Translations under genes and position numbers: made by a program
Notes under the pieces: generated by a model
What the model was told of the DNA's origin: nothing
The model's input: the letters and a program-made list of their open reading frames with translations, nothing else
Database searches by the model: none
Assembly (NCBI GenBank): GCA_001244265.2
Contig: CDLV01000012.1
Location: forward strand, 310,001-374,000
Direction: 5' to 3'
From: Microbotryum violaceum
Taxonomy: Eukaryota
Length of the DNA stretch: 64,000 nucleotides
Shown here: positions 60,201-64,000 of the stretch, piece after piece
Position numbering within the stretch: the stretch's first letter is position 1
How the letters are laid out: the number at the start of each line of letters is the position of its first letter

Positions 60201-63200
60201 CGCAATGATTGGGATATTCAGCTGACCACTCACCTTTGACGGTATTCAGATACCTTGGATCAATACACTAAACGTATTGCCGACCTCAAATCACATCATC
60301 AGCTGCTCCTTCCCGTGCTCGATGATCTCACGTTCTCGCATTCGGCCCTCAGTTCGACCAGGCACGCCGAAGCACGATCCCCTCAACTTGAACAGACCAA
60401 AGCGCACCACGTCAATATCGGCAGCTCCATCGCCGAATTTGAGCGCTCGATTGAACAAGCTGGGGTCGCGTACGAAGTTCGACAAGCGGCTGAATCACAA
60501 GCTGCTCTTGAAGCCTCGGCAGCGGCTATGGCGGCTCGTCGGGCGCAACTTCTTGCTGAGGCGGTGAGCTTGAAGTCTGAAGCAACGGCGCTTGTTGAGG
60601 ATGCTACAAAGGTGACGGCGAAAACGGAGGAAAGGGAAATGACGACAAAGGAGCAGCGTGCGGTGTTACTCGCGTCGCAGGACATGTCACTCGAGTCGGA
60701 TGTCGATCCGAGTTTCGTAGAAGAGTCGGAGCAGCAATTGGTCGAACTGCAAGCACGCGTGGCCGAGCTCGAGAGACGAAAAACTGCGTTACATATACGA
60801 CTTGATCAAGAGTCGGGAGACGAAAGTAATGATCTGGTGGCGACTTGTCTTTCTGAATGCGATACTCAGGTGGACCGCTCGAGTACATTGCTCGATACGC
60901 TGCAACATCACGTCGAAACGAGTCGGCTGCGACGAGGCGATTGGATTACAGCTCGACAAGCTCGTGTCGAGGCTACACAGCGATATTCTAGCCTCCAAAA
61001 AAGGATTGAGGATGTTCTCGCTGGAATGAGCCGAGATGAACAAGAGGTCGAACAGTCATCGACGGCAAGGAGACTCGCTTTGAATAAGGTTGTCGAACAA
61101 AGGGCTAACTTGTCCCAGGCTCGGCACGACCTCCTTTCTTCGTCTGACTTTAACAGCTCGACCCCCAGCCCGGCGATGGATGTAGCGGGTGAGAAAATTC
61201 ATCTTGAACAAGATCTCACTCGACTGGAACAGCTCCAACAACGCGCTGAGGCCAGAATACGAGCGCGCCAGGCCATCGTCGAGGATTTGCACACGTTGTC
61301 GAGTGACGGTGAGGAGGGAGTCGAGCCGCTTGTGTCGCTAACGAAACGGTCGCAAGCCCTCGATAAGCGATTGGAGGACCACTCGGCGTCGTTGGCCGAA
61401 TTTACAACTGTCTTGAGAGGCATTGCATCGGACGAGCAAGACTGGTCAGAACGACGTACGGCTTTGCATGAGAAGCACAGAGAACGGAAAGAAGAGGACC
61501 AACGTCTGGATTGGGAGGCACGGACGAAGGAGCGCTCGACTGAGATCGTCAAGATGAAGCAACTACTCGAGCAAGTGGAACAGAAGCTGCGAGAGCAGCA
61601 ATACGCGATTGCTGAATATGATGTGAGTTAAGTGCGAGGTTCTTGACGGTATATCTTTGGCGTGTGTTGATTCTTCAAAAGCAATTACAGGCACTCCTTG
61701 AGGTTCCAGCGCTGGACGCTTCACCACGAGAACTGGCCAAGGCAGTCGAGGATCTCCAACGATCGGATGTCTTCGACCTTACCAAGAACGATTTGGCCAC
61801 AATCGAGGATCGTCGCACGGCATTACTACTCGCGGCGCGGGAACATGAGGAGGAGAAAGCAGTGACCACTCAACTTGAGCCCCTCGACGATCGTGTTATT
61901 TTGACACACGCAATGCTCGAGTCGGTCGGTTTGGGGTGGAAAGCTTGCTTAAAAGCGTTGAGCTCGCGCTTGTTCGAGGTTGAAAGGGTGCAGGAGAACG
62001 TACGATCGGAGACGCCTACCTCCACGACACGTTCGCCCTCCGTCGCGCAGCTTCGTGAAGACGGCTTGCCTCAAGTTAGAGAGGAGCACGCCGAGACCAG
62101 CGATGCGGCGTCGCGTGGAACGCTTCCTCGATCAAGTGGTCAAGATCTCTTTGGTGCGCCTCAGCACGTCGTTGACGTCTTTGGAACCAAGTCTTCGGCG
62201 CCGCCTTACGAATTCGATACCACGCCTGAGGAGTCAGTCGAGGTCATCTCGTTTCGAGAGCAGCTCGACGCAATTGCTGTCGACGTTTGGTTGGACTCGA
62301 AGGCCACTCAGCGACTCCCAACAGCGGAAGAAGTTGCTCAGATCAAAGTGCAGGTCTCACGAGTCGACGCGGACCTTCAAGCGTTTGAGAGCGACACAAG
62401 TGGTGCGGGTGTGTGGGCCGATCTCGACCCGTTGAAAGAACAGCTCAAGCGCAAGACGAAGAGTCTCGGCCAGGTCGAGAAGCTCGGTCACTTCAGTAAT
62501 CTCGTTGCGCAGGCGGATAAGACGCTCAGCAAGCTACTCATCGTCATCGACTCGGTCACGATGGAATCCACCGACTTGGACGACGCGAGCTCGACGTCTT
62601 CCCTGGCTAGTGATGGCGATTCTCTGGCGACGGCGACAGAGTACCCCGTTCCCGAGGCGCTGAGGTTGGCTGGTGAAGCTGTCACGCTCGTGCGCAAGAG
62701 CGCAATCCCCTTTATCGACGACGATCGCGTGACCAAGAACGTCGAACGGATTGAAGAGACTTACGGCGAGATGTCGTCGATGGCGATGGACCTCGTGCCA
62801 CGATCGCCCTCGCTTCCGAGCAGCAGTGGAGACGACATGTCTGACGCTGGAACCGAGCATGCTGCGCACGTTACCAAGGCCCTCTCCAACAGCACTCGAT
62901 CCGCGTCGTCCTTGAGCTACGTCTCTTCTTCGGCTTCCGCTTCATCGAGTCGAGCTTCTTCGAGACAGTCGAATGCCTCCACCACGAGAACCCCCACGCG
63001 TCCCCGGCGGATTCCCTTCATGGGAGACCCCGAAGCGACCCCTCGTTGCCGCCCTTTCTTGCCCAGCATCGATGCTTCTCCTGCTTCTGCCAAGTTGGGC
63101 GTTCCTCCTGTACCCTCGTTTGGCTCCTCCGTCAAGTCTCGGGCTACCCATCGATCCGTCTCTTACAACCCTCCCTCTACGACGAAGCCGGTATCGACCT

Positions 63201-64000
63201 CGCGCCGATCCAATCGGCACGCCTCGAGCTCGGATACGTTCGACAGCCATAATATGCCTCTTTCCTTGGATGCTCCCCGCGGCAGCACCAGATCCCGCTC
63301 TGCGTCTCGAATGTCGCCGCGTCGTACCTCCAAGTCCTCCGCCCGGCCTCCACCACGAGCGCTATTCGATCAGGCGTCGACGTCGAAGAGCAAGCGCAAG
63401 TACCGTGCCAATCCATCACGACAAGTTGATGTCGAGGTCGGTCGAATCGTCAACGAGCTTGATGTAAGTCGAGTCGAAAGTCCGTGCCTGACAGGACTCG
63501 TCGTGCTCACGTTGACTCGGTTCCTGCAGATTGATGTACCGATTCAAGCTGCCGAAGACGCCCAGGGCTCGGACAGTGGACAGTACTGGATCGGAGATAG
63601 TGACACGGGTCGGTACTTCTACTGCCGCATCCTGCGCTCCAAGACGGTCATGGTTCGCGTCGGTGGGGGGTGGGAGAATCTTCACCAGTGAGTCCTAACC
63701 TTTTTACCGGCGTCGCAGATTGCTCTGATTTTCTGATGATCGTCTTCGTATTCCTGTTCTTAGTTTCATCGTGACTCGGTTCAATTCCAACAGCGTGGTC
63801 AACCTGTCTCCTCAACTGTCGCCCAGTTCAGCTCGACAGCTGAGTCCGGAGCCGAAGTGGATCACGGGTGGCGGCAGCGAGCGCGAGTCCGGTGGTCTCG
63901 CCGGTCGCACAAGCCTCACACCTTCCCGACTGGGGTCGAGTCTGCGCGTCTCGGAGCAACACCTCTCACCTCGCCTGTCGAACAGCTCGAAGCTTGCTTC
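57237..64000 (+). CDS. Very large coiled-coil protein with a C-terminal GAR/GAS2 microtubule-binding domain, 3'-partial, multi-exon
   Basis: Successive 648-, 458- and 682-aa helical ORFs joined by introns. YRANP...DVEVGRIVN and YWIG...YCRILRSKTVMVRVGGGWE form the GAR signature. The start codon is tentative. Confidence 0.85.

Overview
Intron-rich fungal genomic DNA with GT-AG introns of mostly 55-110 nt and CTRAC branch points. Gene content and style suggest a basidiomycete yeast, probably Pucciniomycotina/Microbotryomycetes (inferred). About 18 protein-coding genes are recognisable: phosphoglucomutase/phosphopentomutase, SH3-WW-RasGEF, BRX1, phosducin-like PLP2, RTA1-like, NCS1 permease, EXO70, MRM2/FtsJ, RPN9, an orphan protein kinase-like gene, an Asterix/PAT10-like protein, PTPA/RRD2, VPS53, an alpha/beta hydrolase, a GPI-type secreted protein, a GH13_5 alpha-amylase, RSC7/NPL6 and a giant coiled-coil GAR/GAS2 protein. 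There is also a GH28 pseudogene. Two accessory regions stand out. (1) 12.1-15.7 kb is a nested inverted-repeat locus: a ~1.7 kb degenerate palindrome, an inverted intron-retaining copy of RTA1 exons that flanks the RTA1 promoter, a 349-codon chimeric ORF, and two short LINE 3'-end insertions. (2) 26.6-33.9 kb is a decayed APE-RT-RNaseH-Zn-finger non-LTR retrotransposon whose 3' end shares a conserved structured motif with those short insertions. Exon boundaries and alignments were read by eye and are approximate.
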